Made by a program: the position numbers and the translations under genes. Below, one piece after another: positions 46,191 to 57,086 of a DNA stretch of 64,000 bases (position 1 is the stretch's first letter; each line of letters opens with the position of its first letter). Source of the DNA: Gemmatimonadaceae bacterium (GTDB lineage: Bacteria; Gemmatimonadota; Gemmatimonadetes; Gemmatimonadales; Gemmatimonadaceae). Below the pieces are notes generated by a model. It saw nothing but the letters and a program-made list of their open reading frames with translations. It was not told the origin of the DNA and ran no database searches. The stretch covers positions 6,435 through 70,434 of the forward strand of contig DATLBG010000129.1 of the NCBI GenBank assembly GCA_035527035.1. Direction: 5' to 3'.

Positions 46191-47924
46191 CTATTTGCGT
46201 GCGAGCCGGTTGGTGGGGCTTCCCGGCTCGTCCAGCATTGGGAGCCGAATGCCATGCTCGTTCGCGGTCTGAACGGCGGCTTCGTAACCAGCGTCAGCGT
46301 GACGGGCCACGCCGATCCCGGGATCGTTCGTGAGCACGCGCTCGAGGCGCACGCGCATCTCGGGCGTCCCGTCGGCGACGATCACCTGCCCCGCGTGCAG
46401 CGAGTTGCCGATGCCCACGCCGCCGCCGTGATGGAACGATACCCACGAGGCCCCGCCGGCTACGTTCAACAGTGCGTTGAGAATGGGCCAGTCCGCTACT
46501 GCGTCGCTGCCGTCCTTCATGGCCTCGGTCTCCCTGAATGGAGACGCGACGCTCCCCGTATCCAGATGGTCGCGCCCGATAACGATCGGAGCGCTCAGCT
46601 CACCGGATGCGACCAGGTCGTTGAGCGCGACCCCGAAACGAGCGCGCTCCCCCTGGCCCAGCCAGCAGATGCGCGCAGGCAGTCCCTGAAAGTGAACTCT
46701 CTCCCGCGCGATCGTGATCCACCTGCGGAGATGCTCGTCGTTCGGGAACAGCTCGAGCACCAGATCGTCGGTGCGCGCGATGTCGCGGCAGTCGCCGGAC
46801 AGCGCCACCCAGCGGAAGGGGCCTTTCCCCTCGCAGAACAGCGGTCTCACGTACTCCGGCACAAATCCGGGGAACGCAAACGCATCCTCGACGCCGGCAT
46901 CGAGCGCCACCGTGCGGATGTTGTTCCCGTAATCGAACGTGACAGCGCCGCGCCTCTGCATCTCGAGCATCGCGCGCACGTGGTTCACGATGGACGCGGT
47001 GGCCTTGGCCACATACGCGTGCGGATCTCTCTCGCGCAGCGCGCGCGCTTCGGCGAGCGACACGCCGGCCGGCACGTAGCCGTTGAGCGTATCGTGGGCG
47101 CTCGTCTGATCGGTGACAACGTCGGGAATCGCGTTGAGCCGCACCAGTTCCGGCACCACTTCGGCCGCGTTGCCGACGAGGCCTACGGACAGGGCTTTTC
47201 CGCCGCGGCGCGCCCGATCCAGAAGCTCCATCGCCTCGGCGAGCGACGTCGCCTTCAAATCGCAGTAGCCTGTCCCGATGCGCTTGTCGATGCGACTCTC
47301 ATCAACTTCGACGCACAGGATCGCGGCGCCCTGCATCGTCGCAGCGAGCGGCTGCGCGCCGCCCATTCCGCCGAGCCCGGCGGTGAGGATGAGCTTGCCG
47401 GCCAGCGAGCCCCCGAAGTGCTTGCGTGCAACGGCGCCGAATGTCTCGTAAGTGCCCTGCAGAATCCCCTGCGTGCCGATGTATATCCACGACCCGGCGG
47501 TCATCTGGCCGTACATCATGAGGCCGGCGCGCTCCAGCTCGCGGAAATGCTCCCACGTGGCCCAACGGCCGACGAGGTTGCTGTTCGCTATGAGCACACG
47601 CGGCGCTGCAGCGTGCGTGCGGAACACTCCGACGGGCTTACCGCTCTGCACCAGCAGCGTCTCGTCGTTCTCGAGCGCGCGCAGCGATTGCACGATCGCG
47701 TCGAAGCATTCCCAATTGCGGGCCGCCTTGCCGATGCCCCCGTAAACCACCAGTTCCTCGGGCCGCTCGGCGACGTCGGGATCGAGATTGTTCATCAGCA
47801 TCCGCAGCGCCGCCTCCTGCTCCCAGCCTTTGCAGGAGATCTCGCTGCCGCGCGGCGCGCGCACCACACGCGCGCCGGCGCCCGCCACCCGCGAGTCCGC
47901 CAGCGACGGCGGGGCGACCGTCAT
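46191..47924 (-). CDS. hutU: Urocanate hydratase
   Basis: [37 protein letters not shown]...[12 protein letters not shown]. Start set to MTVAPPS (47924), giving an ATGA overlap with the hutH stop. Confidence 0.95.
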   Translation of the reverse strand: MTVAPPSLADSRVAGAGARVVRAPRGSEISCKGWEQEAALRMLMNNLDPDVAERPEELVVYGGIGKAARNWECFDAIVQSLRALENDETLLVQSGKPVGVFRTHAAAPRVLIANSNLVGRWATWEHFRELERAGLMMYGQMTAGSWIYIGTQGILQGTYETFGAVARKHFGGSLAGKLILTAGLGGMGGAQPLAATMQGAAILCVEVDESRIDKRIGTGYCDLKATSLAEAMELLDRARRGGKALSVGLVGNAAEVVPELVRLNAIPDVVTDQTSAHDTLNGYVPAGVSLAEARALRERDPHAYVAKATASIVNHVRAMLEMQRRGAVTFDYGNNIRTVALDAGVEDAFAFPGFVPEYVRPLFCEGKGPFRWVALSGDCRDIARTDDLVLELFPNDEHLRRWITIARERVHFQGLPARICWLGQGERARFGVALNDLVASGELSAPIVIGRDHLDTGSVASPFRETEAMKDGSDAVADWPILNALLNVAGGASWVSFHHGGGVGIGNSLHAGQVIVADGTPEMRVRLERVLTNDPGIGVARHADAGYEAAVQTANEHGIRLPMLDEPGSPTNRLARK

Positions 47925-49432
47925 GCCGCGCGCTCCGGCGCGAAATCTCCTTTGGCGACCGCTCGCGCGATCTTCGCGATGTCCCCGCTCAGCACGCGGT
48001 CGTCGGAGAGATGCGGGACCATCGCGCGCACTCGGGCATGCGCGGCGCGTAGCGACGTACCCGTGCTGAGCGGAGCCCGGAAATCCAGCCCCTGCGCCGC
48101 GCACATCAGCTCGATCGCGAGGATGTGCGTAAGGTTCTGCGCGACCCGCCGTGCCTTCCACGCCGCGCCCATCGCCATCGGCACGACGTCCTCCTTGCTG
48201 CCGTCAGTGGGAATCGTGTCCACGCTCGCTGGATGCGACAGCACCTTGCACTCGCTCGCGACGGAGGCCGCGGTGACCTGCGCCATCATCATCCCCGAGT
48301 GCAGTCCCGCGTTCTCGGTCAGGAAGGGCGGCAGCCCCTGATTCATGTCCGGGTGCACCAGCCGGTCTATCCGCCTCTCGGAGATCGTCGCGAGGTTGGT
48401 GAGGGCGACGGCGAGAAAATCGAGCGCCATCGCGACGGACTGGCCGTGGAAGTTACCGCCGCTCAGCAGCTCGCCGTTCTCGAACACGAGTGGGTTGTCC
48501 GTCGCCGCGTTGATCTCCCGGGACACGACCCCTTCGATCCACCGCAGCGCGTCGAGCGCCGGTCCATGCACCTGCGGCATGCAGCGCAAAGCGTACGCAT
48601 CCTGGACGCGGGGGTCGCCCTGGCGGTGCGACTCCCTGATCTCGCTCCCTTCCAGCAGCGAGCGCAACAGCGCGGCGGATTCCCTCTGGCCCTCCTGGCC
48701 GCGCGCGTCGTGAATTCGCGCGTCGAACGCGACCGGAGTGCCGAGAAGCGCGTCAAGCGACATCGCGCCGGCTACGTGCGCCGTCTCCCACAGGATCCGC
48801 GCGTCGTACACCAGCAACGCCGCGACCGCGGTGTGGGCCTGCGTGCCGTTGATGAGCGTGATCCCTTCCTTCGCCTGCAGCTTGAGCGGCGCGAGTTTCA
48901 CCTCGCGAAGGACTTCCGCCGCCGCGCGCTCTTGCCCGTTGAGGAACAGCGTCCCCTCTCCGATCATCGCGAGCGCGAGATGCGCCAGCGGCGCCAGGTC
49001 TCCGCTCGCTCCCGCGCTGCCCTGCTCCGGGACGGGCGGATGCACCCCGGCGTTGAGCATCCCGCACAGCAGCTCGGGGAGATCGGCTCGAGCGCCGGAA
49101 AAACCCTTCGCGATCACATTGGCGCGAAGCAGCATCATCGCCCGAACTTCCCGCTCGGGGAGCAGCGGTCCGACGCCGGACACGTGGCTGCGGACGAGGT
49201 TTACCTGCAGCTCCTCCAGCTTCCCCGCATCGATCGCCACGTCCGCCAGCTTGCCGAACCCGGTGGTGACGCCGTACACCACTTCGCCGCCCGCCGCGGC
49301 CTGCTCCACGACTGCCCGGGTGCGAGCCATGCGCTCTTTCGCTGTGGACGAAAGCTCGACGCGCTCGCGCCCTACGGCGACGCCGTACACGTCCTCGATC
49401 GTGAGCGAGTTACCGTCGAGAGCGACCGTCAC
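47921..49432 (-). CDS. hutH: Histidine ammonia-lyase
   Basis: VYGVTTGFG and the MIO-forming [12 protein letters not shown] motif. Confidence 0.95.
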   Translation of the reverse strand: MTVALDGNSLTIEDVYGVAVGRERVELSSTAKERMARTRAVVEQAAAGGEVVYGVTTGFGKLADVAIDAGKLEELQVNLVRSHVSGVGPLLPEREVRAMMLLRANVIAKGFSGARADLPELLCGMLNAGVHPPVPEQGSAGASGDLAPLAHLALAMIGEGTLFLNGQERAAAEVLREVKLAPLKLQAKEGITLINGTQAHTAVAALLVYDARILWETAHVAGAMSLDALLGTPVAFDARIHDARGQEGQRESAALLRSLLEGSEIRESHRQGDPRVQDAYALRCMPQVHGPALDALRWIEGVVSREINAATDNPLVFENGELLSGGNFHGQSVAMALDFLAVALTNLATISERRIDRLVHPDMNQGLPPFLTENAGLHSGMMMAQVTAASVASECKVLSHPASVDTIPTDGSKEDVVPMAMGAAWKARRVAQNLTHILAIELMCAAQGLDFRAPLSTGTSLRAAHARVRAMVPHLSDDRVLSGDIAKIARAVAKGDFAPERAA

Positions 49433-52350
49433 CGCTGCGGTGTCGTCCGGCGGTACGTCTGCTTGTCGTAATCGAACTTCAGGTCAGGCTGAGCCTTGAG
49501 CGCGATGAAGAAGCTGAACGCAAAGTTGCCGTTCGGCGCCTTGGTGAAGGCGAACGTCGATCGCCAGTCGTGCAGGTCGCGCTGCAGGCTCACCGTGTGG
49601 CTCGCGAACGCCTTCGCCTGGAAGTCATAGTTCGTTCCCCAGCTCGCGGACCACGTCGGGGTGATGTTGAAGTTCATCTGCGACTGAATAGTCTCGCGCG
49701 ACGGCATCCGCACGAACGGCGCGCCGATCACCGGCTCGAACGGACTGGCGTTCACCGGATTCGCCTGTTGCTCGATCAGGCATTGGTTGTAAGTGATGGG
49801 ATTGATCTCATAGATGCGGCAGTTCACGGCGGGATCGAAGTCGATGACGTTGCCCCCTACCGGAGGACGCTGCCGCTGCGAGCTGAAGGTGAAGTTGGCC
49901 TGGAAGCCCTGGGTGGGCGCCATCCCGTACATGCGGTCGCGCGCCGCGACGCCGGCCACGGGTGTGGAGCCGGCCCGCTGCGACAAAGCGTCGTCCCCCG
50001 TCCGCTCGATTCGCTCGACCTGCGGCGAGCGCTGCGGGACAGCGCGACCGAAAAGCCGGGAGAAGGCCGCGAAAATTCCAGACTGCTGATTCAGGGTGAA
50101 CGACGCGCTGAGGCTCTCGCGGTACGGCTTGAACACGGCCGTGTCGCTCAGAAGCACGCCCTGAAAGAGCGAATAATCCGCGGTGAGACTGAAGCCTGGA
50201 AGGAGGTCCGAAGCGACGTCATATGACAGACGCTCCGTGGCGAAGCCTGAGCGCCCGGTCGCGCGCGCCCGCTCGAAGTCATACGCCAAGGGCGAGAAAT
50301 TGATCGACAACAGACGGATCTTTCTGTCCACGCCGTCGGACCTGTTGCCGCCGGTGGCGCTGTCCGGCTTCGCCCGCAGCTTGGCTTCGAAATTCTGCGA
50401 GATCTGCAGCTGTATCTGGTTTTGCGCCAGCCCGCCGTTGTAGACGAACCGCGAGCTGTTTGTGGCCGCGAGAAAATCGTCGTTCACTCTCGTGGCCGGC
50501 GCGTAGCTGTACGTCAGGCGCGGCGAGATGGAGTGGCGCAACCGCTCGATCGGGCCCAGGCCGGGGAAAAGCCCGAAGAACGTGGGCGATATTCCCACCC
50601 CGTAAATCGCGCGCTTCGACTGACGGACGAACCGTCCCCCGGAGAACTGCGTGCGCACCATGTACGGCCCGGGATCCACGTTGGTGAACGAGATCTGCGG
50701 CGAGACATTCCATGTTCCGACGAGAAGCCCCGGGAGGCCTATGCTGGTCTCCCAGTCGAGGTCGGTGCGGTAGGTTCTTGAGAAGACGCGACTCGTGTAC
50801 ACGCCGCTGTCGGTCTGGCTCGCCATCTGCACCGTGACGGGAAAATTCTCGTCCTTGTCCGTGGTGCTGAACGAGTTGTTCCAGGTGAAGCCGAAGATCT
50901 TGACCGGCGTGCTGAAAGTGGCCGTCGTCTGCCGCCGGTCGCCGCTCACCTGCACGCTGTCGAGGCCACCGGCGCGGGGGATGTATCGGAATGAGGTGGT
51001 GCCTGGCTGATCCAGGTTGAAGTTCTGGTCGTTGATGAGGGACAGCGACGGCGTCCATTCCAGCCAGCGCGCCAGCGCCAGCGTCGGCGTCGAGATATTG
51101 AAGTTCGGGAACTGCTGATCCACCTGGTCGCGGCCGGGGTACTGTCGGCGGTTGCCTCCTATGGTGAGCGAGGCCGGGCCCAGCTTCTGCGCGTAATTCG
51201 CCTGCGACGAGATGGTCGCCATCACCTGCCGGGGATCGAACGCGTTGGTCCGCTGGATGAAAGTGTTAGTGACGTAATTGAGATTGAAGCTCAGCTTGCG
51301 CGTCTGGGAGAAATCCTGCAGGTGCGCCCAGGACAGGGCCGTATTCGTATTGCCGGTCTTCTGCCGGTCGTGCGACGCCGCGAACCTGCCGGTCATGAAC
51401 CGGCTGAGCCACCGATACTGGAACTCGCCGTTGTATTTGATCCAGCCCGGATCTCCCTCCGTGGGCCGCGCGCCGCTGCGCCAGTCGAGCCAGAGCCGCG
51501 CGTCGTTGTAGTCGCTGAGCGCGAAATAGTAGCCGACGTTGTCCACGTGCCGGCGATACTGAGGACTGTTGCGGAATATCTCGCTGACCCCGAAGCGCGG
51601 CGTCAGTATCCCGCTGCGCCGGCCCGAGCGAATGTCCTGGAACATGAACGGCAGCCAAAGCACCGGCACCTCCCCGATGTACAGGACCGCCGGCCGCGCG
51701 ACCAGAAAGGTCTTCGACACCATCTTGATCTTGCCGGCGCGGAAGAAGTAGTGCGGCACCGAATCGTCGCAGGTCGTGAAGTCGCCCTGCCGCACGAAGA
51801 ACGTGGTGGGCTGACGTCCCGTCGTGTCGGACACGAAGGCGGCCTCGACGCCCGACACGAACCACCGCTCGCCGCTCTCCACCGCCGTGCTGATGTTCGT
51901 CACGCTGCCGCGCTGTGTGGCGATGTTGTATGTGAGTGAGCCTCGCGAGACGACGTCCTCCGCGTTCTGCGACGGATCGCGGAGGATGTTCGTATCGCCG
52001 CGCACCACGACGAGCTTAGTCACGTCGCTGTACAGGATGGTGTCGCCGATCACCAGCGTGGCGCCGCGTCCCACCGCGGCGGGGTCTCCGGTGAGGTCGA
52101 GCGTTCGCACCTTCGCGTCGAACACCACCCGATCTCCCTGGTACCGCGTCGCGGTGTATCCGCGCCGCTCCAGCAGCCCGCGCATCACCGAATCCGCCTC
52201 GGCCCACTTCACGAGCTCGCGCCGCGTCGAATCGCGCGCGGCGGAGTCGCGCGGCGAAGCATCGGGACGGGCCTGAATGCCCTGCGCGCCCGCGCCCGTG
52301 GCGAAAGCAACGAAAGCGGCGCCGCAGCCGAGCAGCAGGCGCGCCGTCAC
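49429..52350 (-). CDS. Large outer-membrane beta-barrel protein, LptD/OstA-like (putative LPS-assembly protein)
   Basis: Signal peptide, an OstA-like N-terminal beta-jellyroll segment (RVVFDAKVRTLDLTGD...LVIGDTILYSD...VVVRGD), then about 750 aa of alternating beta-strand-like sequence ending in an aromatic-rich C-terminus. The assignment is by architecture only. Confidence 0.5.
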   Translation of the reverse strand: MTARLLLGCGAAFVAFATGAGAQGIQARPDASPRDSAARDSTRRELVKWAEADSVMRGLLERRGYTATRYQGDRVVFDAKVRTLDLTGDPAAVGRGATLVIGDTILYSDVTKLVVVRGDTNILRDPSQNAEDVVSRGSLTYNIATQRGSVTNISTAVESGERWFVSGVEAAFVSDTTGRQPTTFFVRQGDFTTCDDSVPHYFFRAGKIKMVSKTFLVARPAVLYIGEVPVLWLPFMFQDIRSGRRSGILTPRFGVSEIFRNSPQYRRHVDNVGYYFALSDYNDARLWLDWRSGARPTEGDPGWIKYNGEFQYRWLSRFMTGRFAASHDRQKTGNTNTALSWAHLQDFSQTRKLSFNLNYVTNTFIQRTNAFDPRQVMATISSQANYAQKLGPASLTIGGNRRQYPGRDQVDQQFPNFNISTPTLALARWLEWTPSLSLINDQNFNLDQPGTTSFRYIPRAGGLDSVQVSGDRRQTTATFSTPVKIFGFTWNNSFSTTDKDENFPVTVQMASQTDSGVYTSRVFSRTYRTDLDWETSIGLPGLLVGTWNVSPQISFTNVDPGPYMVRTQFSGGRFVRQSKRAIYGVGISPTFFGLFPGLGPIERLRHSISPRLTYSYAPATRVNDDFLAATNSSRFVYNGGLAQNQIQLQISQNFEAKLRAKPDSATGGNRSDGVDRKIRLLSINFSPLAYDFERARATGRSGFATERLSYDVASDLLPGFSLTADYSLFQGVLLSDTAVFKPYRESLSASFTLNQQSGIFAAFSRLFGRAVPQRSPQVERIERTGDDALSQRAGSTPVAGVAARDRMYGMAPTQGFQANFTFSSQRQRPPVGGNVIDFDPAVNCRIYEINPITYNQCLIEQQANPVNASPFEPVIGAPFVRMPSRETIQSQMNFNITPTWSASWGTNYDFQAKAFASHTVSLQRDLHDWRSTFAFTKAPNGNFAFSFFIALKAQPDLKFDYDKQTYRRTTPQR

Positions 52351-53150
52351 GCCGGCACTCCCGCGCGCTCCTGCTCGGCGCGCTCACGCGCATCCTCACG
52401 CTCCGCGCGCTTCCGCTTCCGTCGATGCAAGCCCTTCGACATGAGCACGCTCAGCTCATACAGGAAATACAGCGGCACGGCGAGAGCGACGAGCGAGGTC
52501 GGGTCCGAGCCCGGGGTCACGAACGCCGAGACAACGAGCACCGCGACGGCCGCATGGCGGCGAAACTTCACCAGCATCTCCGGAGTCACGATACCCAGCG
52601 CCGTGAGAGCGAGAATGGCGATCGGAAGCTCGAAGGCTGCCCCGAACATCAGCGACATGCTCACGGCGAAGCCGAAATAATCGCCCGCGGTGATCATCGG
52701 CGTCAGCGAGCCTGTCTGCAGCCCGAGCAGAAACTTCATCGTCAGCGGCAGCACGACGAAGAACGACAGCGCCACCCCCGCAAGAAAGAGCACGAGCATG
52801 CCAGCGAGCACGGGAATCACCATCTTTTTTTCGTGCGGCAGCATCGCGGGGGCGATGAACAGCCAGATCTGGTAGGCGATCACCGGGGACGCGAGGATCG
52901 CGCCGAGCACGATCGCCATGTCGATCAATATCCCGAAAACGTCTCCCGGGTGCGTATAAACCAGAGTCTTTCCGCCGAGGTACGGACGGATGGGGCGCTG
53001 AAGAAACCCGATGACGTCGAAGTTCGTTACGACTGCGAAGGCGATTATCACGCCCGCGATGAAGGCCGCTCCCGCCCGCAGTAATCGCTGCCGCAGCTCC
53101 TCGAGATGGTCGAGGAACGGCATCTCGGCGGCGGGCGACTTCCGGGCCAT
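52347..53150 (-). CDS. tatC: Twin-arginine translocase subunit TatC
   Basis: MPFLDHLEELRQRL, six TM helices and a basic C-tail. Confidence 0.9.
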   Translation of the reverse strand: MARKSPAAEMPFLDHLEELRQRLLRAGAAFIAGVIIAFAVVTNFDVIGFLQRPIRPYLGGKTLVYTHPGDVFGILIDMAIVLGAILASPVIAYQIWLFIAPAMLPHEKKMVIPVLAGMLVLFLAGVALSFFVVLPLTMKFLLGLQTGSLTPMITAGDYFGFAVSMSLMFGAAFELPIAILALTALGIVTPEMLVKFRRHAAVAVLVVSAFVTPGSDPTSLVALAVPLYFLYELSVLMSKGLHRRKRKRAEREDARERAEQERAGVPA

Positions 53151-53165
53151 CTCGCTAGTGCCGCG

Positions 53166-53918
53166 CTACTGCAGGTCGCGCAGTCTGTCGCGCGCCAGAG
53201 CCGCCTCGTCGGAGCGCGGAAACTTGGTGATCACTTCGTTGTACAGTTGCCGCGCCTCGCGCGTCCGCCTCGCGCCTTCCGCGGCTACGGCGCGCTTGTA
53301 CGTCGCCGTGGCTGCGCGCGCCGAGCGCGGGTACGCCGCAGCTACCCGCGCGTAGGCGGCGTCGGCGGCCTGCGCGTTCCCCTCCGCGGCATGAGTCTCC
53401 CCGATATAGAACTGGGCCTCGGCGGCGACGTCCGATGTCGGATATCTGGCGAGCAGGTCCTCGAAGGCGGTTCGCGCCGCCGCGGTACTCCCACGGAGCA
53501 GCTGGTCCCGGCCCAGCTGGTACAGCTCGTTGGGACCCGGCACGACGGGCGCTGCACCGGCGGCCGGGGCCGGCGGCGTTCGCGATTCGACCGCGGCTCG
53601 CAGCTCCTGCATCCGCGTCTGGCTCTGCCCGGCGAGCTCCTGGAGCCGGCGGGTGTCGTCTTCAATGGCCGACAGGCGGCCCTGCACGTCGGAGCGCAGG
53701 CGCGTCAGCCGCGTCGCCACGGCGCTCACCGAGTCCGTTGTCGCCTGCATCGATCGCATGAGGCGCTGGATCTCCAGGCGACGCGCCGAGTCGGCCTGCG
53801 CGGCTTCCGCGCGGACCAGCACGATGTCCTGCTGCAGCACGGTGAGGTCGCTCCTCGTAGCCATGCATCCGGCGAGGGCGATCGGCAGCGCGGCGGAGAG
53901 AATAAAAACGCGTCGCAT
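53166..53918 (-). CDS. ybgF: Tol-Pal system protein YbgF/CpoB-like, predicted lipoprotein
   Basis: Start set to MRRVFILSAALPIALAGC (lipobox), then a coiled-coil region and C-terminal TPR (YQLGRDQLLRGSTAAARTAFEDLLARYPTSDVAAEAQFYIGE...). Confidence 0.75.
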   Translation of the reverse strand: MRRVFILSAALPIALAGCMATRSDLTVLQQDIVLVRAEAAQADSARRLEIQRLMRSMQATTDSVSAVATRLTRLRSDVQGRLSAIEDDTRRLQELAGQSQTRMQELRAAVESRTPPAPAAGAAPVVPGPNELYQLGRDQLLRGSTAAARTAFEDLLARYPTSDVAAEAQFYIGETHAAEGNAQAADAAYARVAAAYPRSARAATATYKRAVAAEGARRTREARQLYNEVITKFPRSDEAALARDRLRDLQ

Positions 53919-53919
53919 G

Positions 53920-55260
53920 TCAGTCCTGCGTGTTGGTGGCATTCTGATCGCTGGAAAGAGTTGGAGCGAGATGCGGAGACCAGTCAGCGAGCCGCGCGCC
54001 CGCGGCGTGCGTCAGCTGGCGGAGGCGGCCCGACTCGGTATCGATTACCCAAAGTTGCTTCACACCACTCCGGCTCGACGTGAATACGAGATGTCTCCCG
54101 TCCGGCGCCCACGACGGATCTTCGTTCACCCCTTCGCTCGTCAGCTGCTTCACCGCCCTGTCGCGGAGATTCAGCACCATGATCTGGAAACCGCGGGCGG
54201 TCGCCTGGTACGCGATCAGCCGGCCGTCGGGCGACCACGCGGGGCTCGCGCGGTAGCTCGTACCGCCGTACGTGAACTCCGTCAGCAGCTGGACGTTCGT
54301 GCCGTCCGAGTCCGAAATATATACCTCCGGCTGCCCTGCTCTTCCGGACATGAAGGCGATCCTGCGCCCATCGGGACTGAACGATGGCGACGTGTTGTCC
54401 GTCCCCCGCCCGACCGTCACCCGGCGAGCCGATGCCAGGTTGGAGAGCGACGCGGAAACGATCTCCGTTCCCCCCTCGCGCGTCGTGGCCCAAACGATCT
54501 GCCGGCCGTCCGGGGAGAACGCCGGGGTGATGTTCAGCCCCTCGGGAGTGGCGCGCACGATTTGCGTCGCGCCTGACGGTAGCTCGCGCAGCTCTATGTG
54601 CGTGCCCGCGGATCCATACCGGCTGTAGGCGATGGTCCTGCCGTTGGGATGCCACGCGGGCGACAGGGTCAGTGCGCCGCGCGTGATCTGGCGCTGATTC
54701 GCCCCGTCGCTGTCCACGATCCACACATCACCTCCGCGGACGAACAGCAATCGCGAGCGGGACATGCCTCTCGTGCCGGTGATCCACCGCTCGATCTCGT
54801 CCGCCATCCCGTGAATCTCCATCCGCCAATCGCCCGCGGAGCGCGGCGAACCGATCGCAAAGTCATCGGTCCGAAGCACCGCCCGCCGGGTGACGTCGTG
54901 CACCTCCGCGCGATAGCCGGCGGCTGATGGCACGATGCGCACGATGGCCGCGGCGCCGAGCCGCGCGAAGAGGGCATAGTTGAACCGCCGGCCCGCGGCC
55001 GGCGTCAGACCCCGCAGCGCGACGCTGTCGAGTGCGATGACCGTCACCCGGTCGCCGAAATCGAGGTCGCGTTGCACGATCGCGCGAACCGAATCGCCGG
55101 GAAGCGGCTCCACCGGCATCACGATGACGCCGGGCTTGACGCCGGCGCCGTAGCTGAGCCCGATGCGCACGCCGCGCGGAGTCTCTTGAGCTCCGGCCGT
55201 CGCCGGAATCGCAACGACGAGCGCGACCACGGCGATCGCGCGGACGACGCGCATGATCAT
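53920..55260 (-). CDS. tolB: Tol-Pal system beta-propeller protein TolB
   Basis: Signal peptide, then repeated P.wSPDG..iaf/y propeller blades (SPAWHPNGRTIAY, PAFSPDGRQIVW, PSFSPDGRRIAF, PAWSPDGRLIAY, PSWAPDGRHLVF). Confidence 0.9.
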   Translation of the reverse strand: MIMRVVRAIAVVALVVAIPATAGAQETPRGVRIGLSYGAGVKPGVIVMPVEPLPGDSVRAIVQRDLDFGDRVTVIALDSVALRGLTPAAGRRFNYALFARLGAAAIVRIVPSAAGYRAEVHDVTRRAVLRTDDFAIGSPRSAGDWRMEIHGMADEIERWITGTRGMSRSRLLFVRGGDVWIVDSDGANQRQITRGALTLSPAWHPNGRTIAYSRYGSAGTHIELRELPSGATQIVRATPEGLNITPAFSPDGRQIVWATTREGGTEIVSASLSNLASARRVTVGRGTDNTSPSFSPDGRRIAFMSGRAGQPEVYISDSDGTNVQLLTEFTYGGTSYRASPAWSPDGRLIAYQATARGFQIMVLNLRDRAVKQLTSEGVNEDPSWAPDGRHLVFTSSRSGVKQLWVIDTESGRLRQLTHAAGARLADWSPHLAPTLSSDQNATNTQD

Positions 55261-55952
55261 CGCAGCACCGCCGGATCGAAGCTGAACACCACCGGCAGCA
55301 CGTCGTCGGGGAATCCCTCGGGCAGAGGGCCGAACGCGCGCGCAACTGCCGCGGCTTCGACGGCGCCCTGCGCCTCCAGATCGAAAGGATACGAGCCCGA
55401 ACGGGTGATGAATCTCACGTTCGAGACGGATCCGTCGCGGTGAATCAAAAACATTACCTCCGCCTTCAATCGCGCATCGGGATTCGGCGGCTGGAAGCGG
55501 AGCGCGATCTGCCGCACGATGTTATTCAGGTACACCGGGTACGGGAATTCGATTCCCTCGGTCTGCACCGTCGCGACGTCGGTTCCCCTGCCGCCGATAG
55601 GTCCGCCGCCAGCCCGCGCGGCGGGCGCGCGCGGCTGGCTCGCCGCGGGCGCCGTCGGCGTGACGCGACGTGGCGCGCGCACAGGAGCGCGATCCGGCGA
55701 TGGCATCTGCTGCACAGGCTGCTCGGCGGCCGGTCTGGGCGGCGCTGCCTGGGCGGGGCGCCCGGGCTCGGGCGTCACCTCGCCGATCGCGCGTGGTCCC
55801 GCGGGCGCGGCTACGATGTTGACGCGGTAGATCGGCGGGAGCGCCATCGGCGGGTCGCCCGCTCTCACGACGAACAGCGCGGCCAGCGCGGCTCCGTGCA
55901 ACACTGCCGACGCGAGGAGCGGCCCCGTGAGTCGCGCCTCCCTCCCGCTCAT
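55257..55952 (-). CDS. tolA: TolA/TonB-family energy-transducer protein
   Basis: N-terminal anchor LLASAVLHGAALAALFVV, a Pro/Ala-rich spacer and a TonB_C-like end (YLNNIVRQIALRF...V.F.I.RDGSV.NV....SG...FD..A..AV). Confidence 0.7.
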   Translation of the reverse strand: MSGREARLTGPLLASAVLHGAALAALFVVRAGDPPMALPPIYRVNIVAAPAGPRAIGEVTPEPGRPAQAAPPRPAAEQPVQQMPSPDRAPVRAPRRVTPTAPAASQPRAPAARAGGGPIGGRGTDVATVQTEGIEFPYPVYLNNIVRQIALRFQPPNPDARLKAEVMFLIHRDGSVSNVRFITRSGSYPFDLEAQGAVEAAAVARAFGPLPEGFPDDVLPVVFSFDPAVLR

Positions 55953-55956
55953 GGCG

Positions 55957-56379
55957 TCAGGGACGCGGAGCCGGCACCCGCTCCGGCTCGGCGACGAGCC
56001 CGACGTCCCCCACACCAGCGGCGCGCATCACGCTCAACACGCGTACTACGCTCCCGTAGGGCACGCCTTCGTCTGCCCGCAGATAGATCCCCTGGCCGGC
56101 GCGCCCCTGCGCCAATGCGCGAAAGCTCGCGCGGAACTCCTCATAGCTCAGCTCCGAATCTTCGACGAAGATCGCGCCCGAGCGGTTCACGGTCACCGTC
56201 AGCCCGCTCTTCTGGTCCAGCGGGCGCGCCTCGGCGCGCGGCAGAGCGACGTCCACGCCGCCTTGCATCATGGGGGCGGTGATCATGAAGATGATCATGA
56301 GCAGCATCATCACGTCGATCAGACTCACGACGTTGATCTCGGCGTTGAGCGGCATCCGCTCCCTTCTCGACCGCCGCAT
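55957..56379 (-). CDS. tolR: Biopolymer transport protein TolR/ExbD
   Basis: EINVVSLIDVMMLLMIIFMITAP, the ExbD/TolR signature. Confidence 0.85.
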   Translation of the reverse strand: MRRSRRERMPLNAEINVVSLIDVMMLLMIIFMITAPMMQGGVDVALPRAEARPLDQKSGLTVTVNRSGAIFVEDSELSYEEFRASFRALAQGRAGQGIYLRADEGVPYGSVVRVLSVMRAAGVGDVGLVAEPERVPAPRP

Positions 56380-57086
56380 CAGATCCGGCCTTCGTGCACC
56401 ATGAGCGCGATGAGCTCCGAGCTGAACCCTTCGAACATCCCCTCGATCCGGTTGAGCCTGCTCGCGAAGATGTTGTATCCGAACACCGCGGGGATCGCGA
56501 CGGCCAGCGCGAGCGCGGTGGCCACGAGCGCTTCCGCGATGCCCGGCGCGACCGCGCCGAGGTTGCCCGACCCCTCGCGAGCGAGCCCGAGAAACGCGCC
56601 GATGATTCCGATCACGGTTCCGAAGAGCCCGATGAGCGGACTCGCGGACCCGATCACCGCGAGGGCCGGGATGAATCTGCCGAGGCGGTCGCGCTCAGCG
56701 CCGGCCTGCGCCTCGAGCACCAGCCGCAGCGCCTCCACCTGCGAGACGCTGAGCCGCCCCGCGCGCTCGGCGGTCGGCGCGAGGCCCGGCGTCGTCTGCG
56801 CCAGGAACTGCATCGCGCGGTCGACCATCCGGGAGTATGAGTTGTCGCCGGTGCCACGCACGATACTGCCCGCTTCCTCCAGCGTGGTCACGCGCGAGAA
56901 CTCCTCGGTAAACTCGCGACCGGCGGCTGTCACGCGGCGATACTCGCGCCACTTGAGAAACATGATGGCCCAGCTCGCGAGCGAGAGAGCCACCAGCAGA
57001 ATGAGCACGGCTTTCGCCGCCGGAGAGGTGTGAAGCACCAGCTCCGTCAGCGAGGATGGAATGGCCTGCCCAATTTGTAGGATCAC
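56379..57086 (-). CDS. tolQ: Proton-channel protein TolQ/ExbB (MotA family)
   Basis: Three TM helices and GSASPLIGLFGTVIGIIGAF...GIAEALVATALAL. Confidence 0.85.
   Translation of the reverse strand: MILQIGQAIPSSLTELVLHTSPAAKAVLILLVALSLASWAIMFLKWREYRRVTAAGREFTEEFSRVTTLEEAGSIVRGTGDNSYSRMVDRAMQFLAQTTPGLAPTAERAGRLSVSQVEALRLVLEAQAGAERDRLGRFIPALAVIGSASPLIGLFGTVIGIIGAFLGLAREGSGNLGAVAPGIAEALVATALALAVAIPAVFGYNIFASRLNRIEGMFEGFSSELIALMVHEGRI

Noticed and set aside
46191-48161. N-terminal ORF extensions given by the track for hutU (to 48161), pilT (34707), aroQ (36668), rimI (61203), the LysM gene (59852), comB (32069), the ZIP transporter (19004), the PPC protein (28388), hisH-like (5021), ybgF (53942) and tolA-like (56015).
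   Set aside because: The extensions overlap the upstream gene, are Arg/Gly/Pro-rich, and precede an internal start. That internal start restores a conserved N-terminus or signal peptide and usually gives an ATGA/GTGA junction. I trimmed them.
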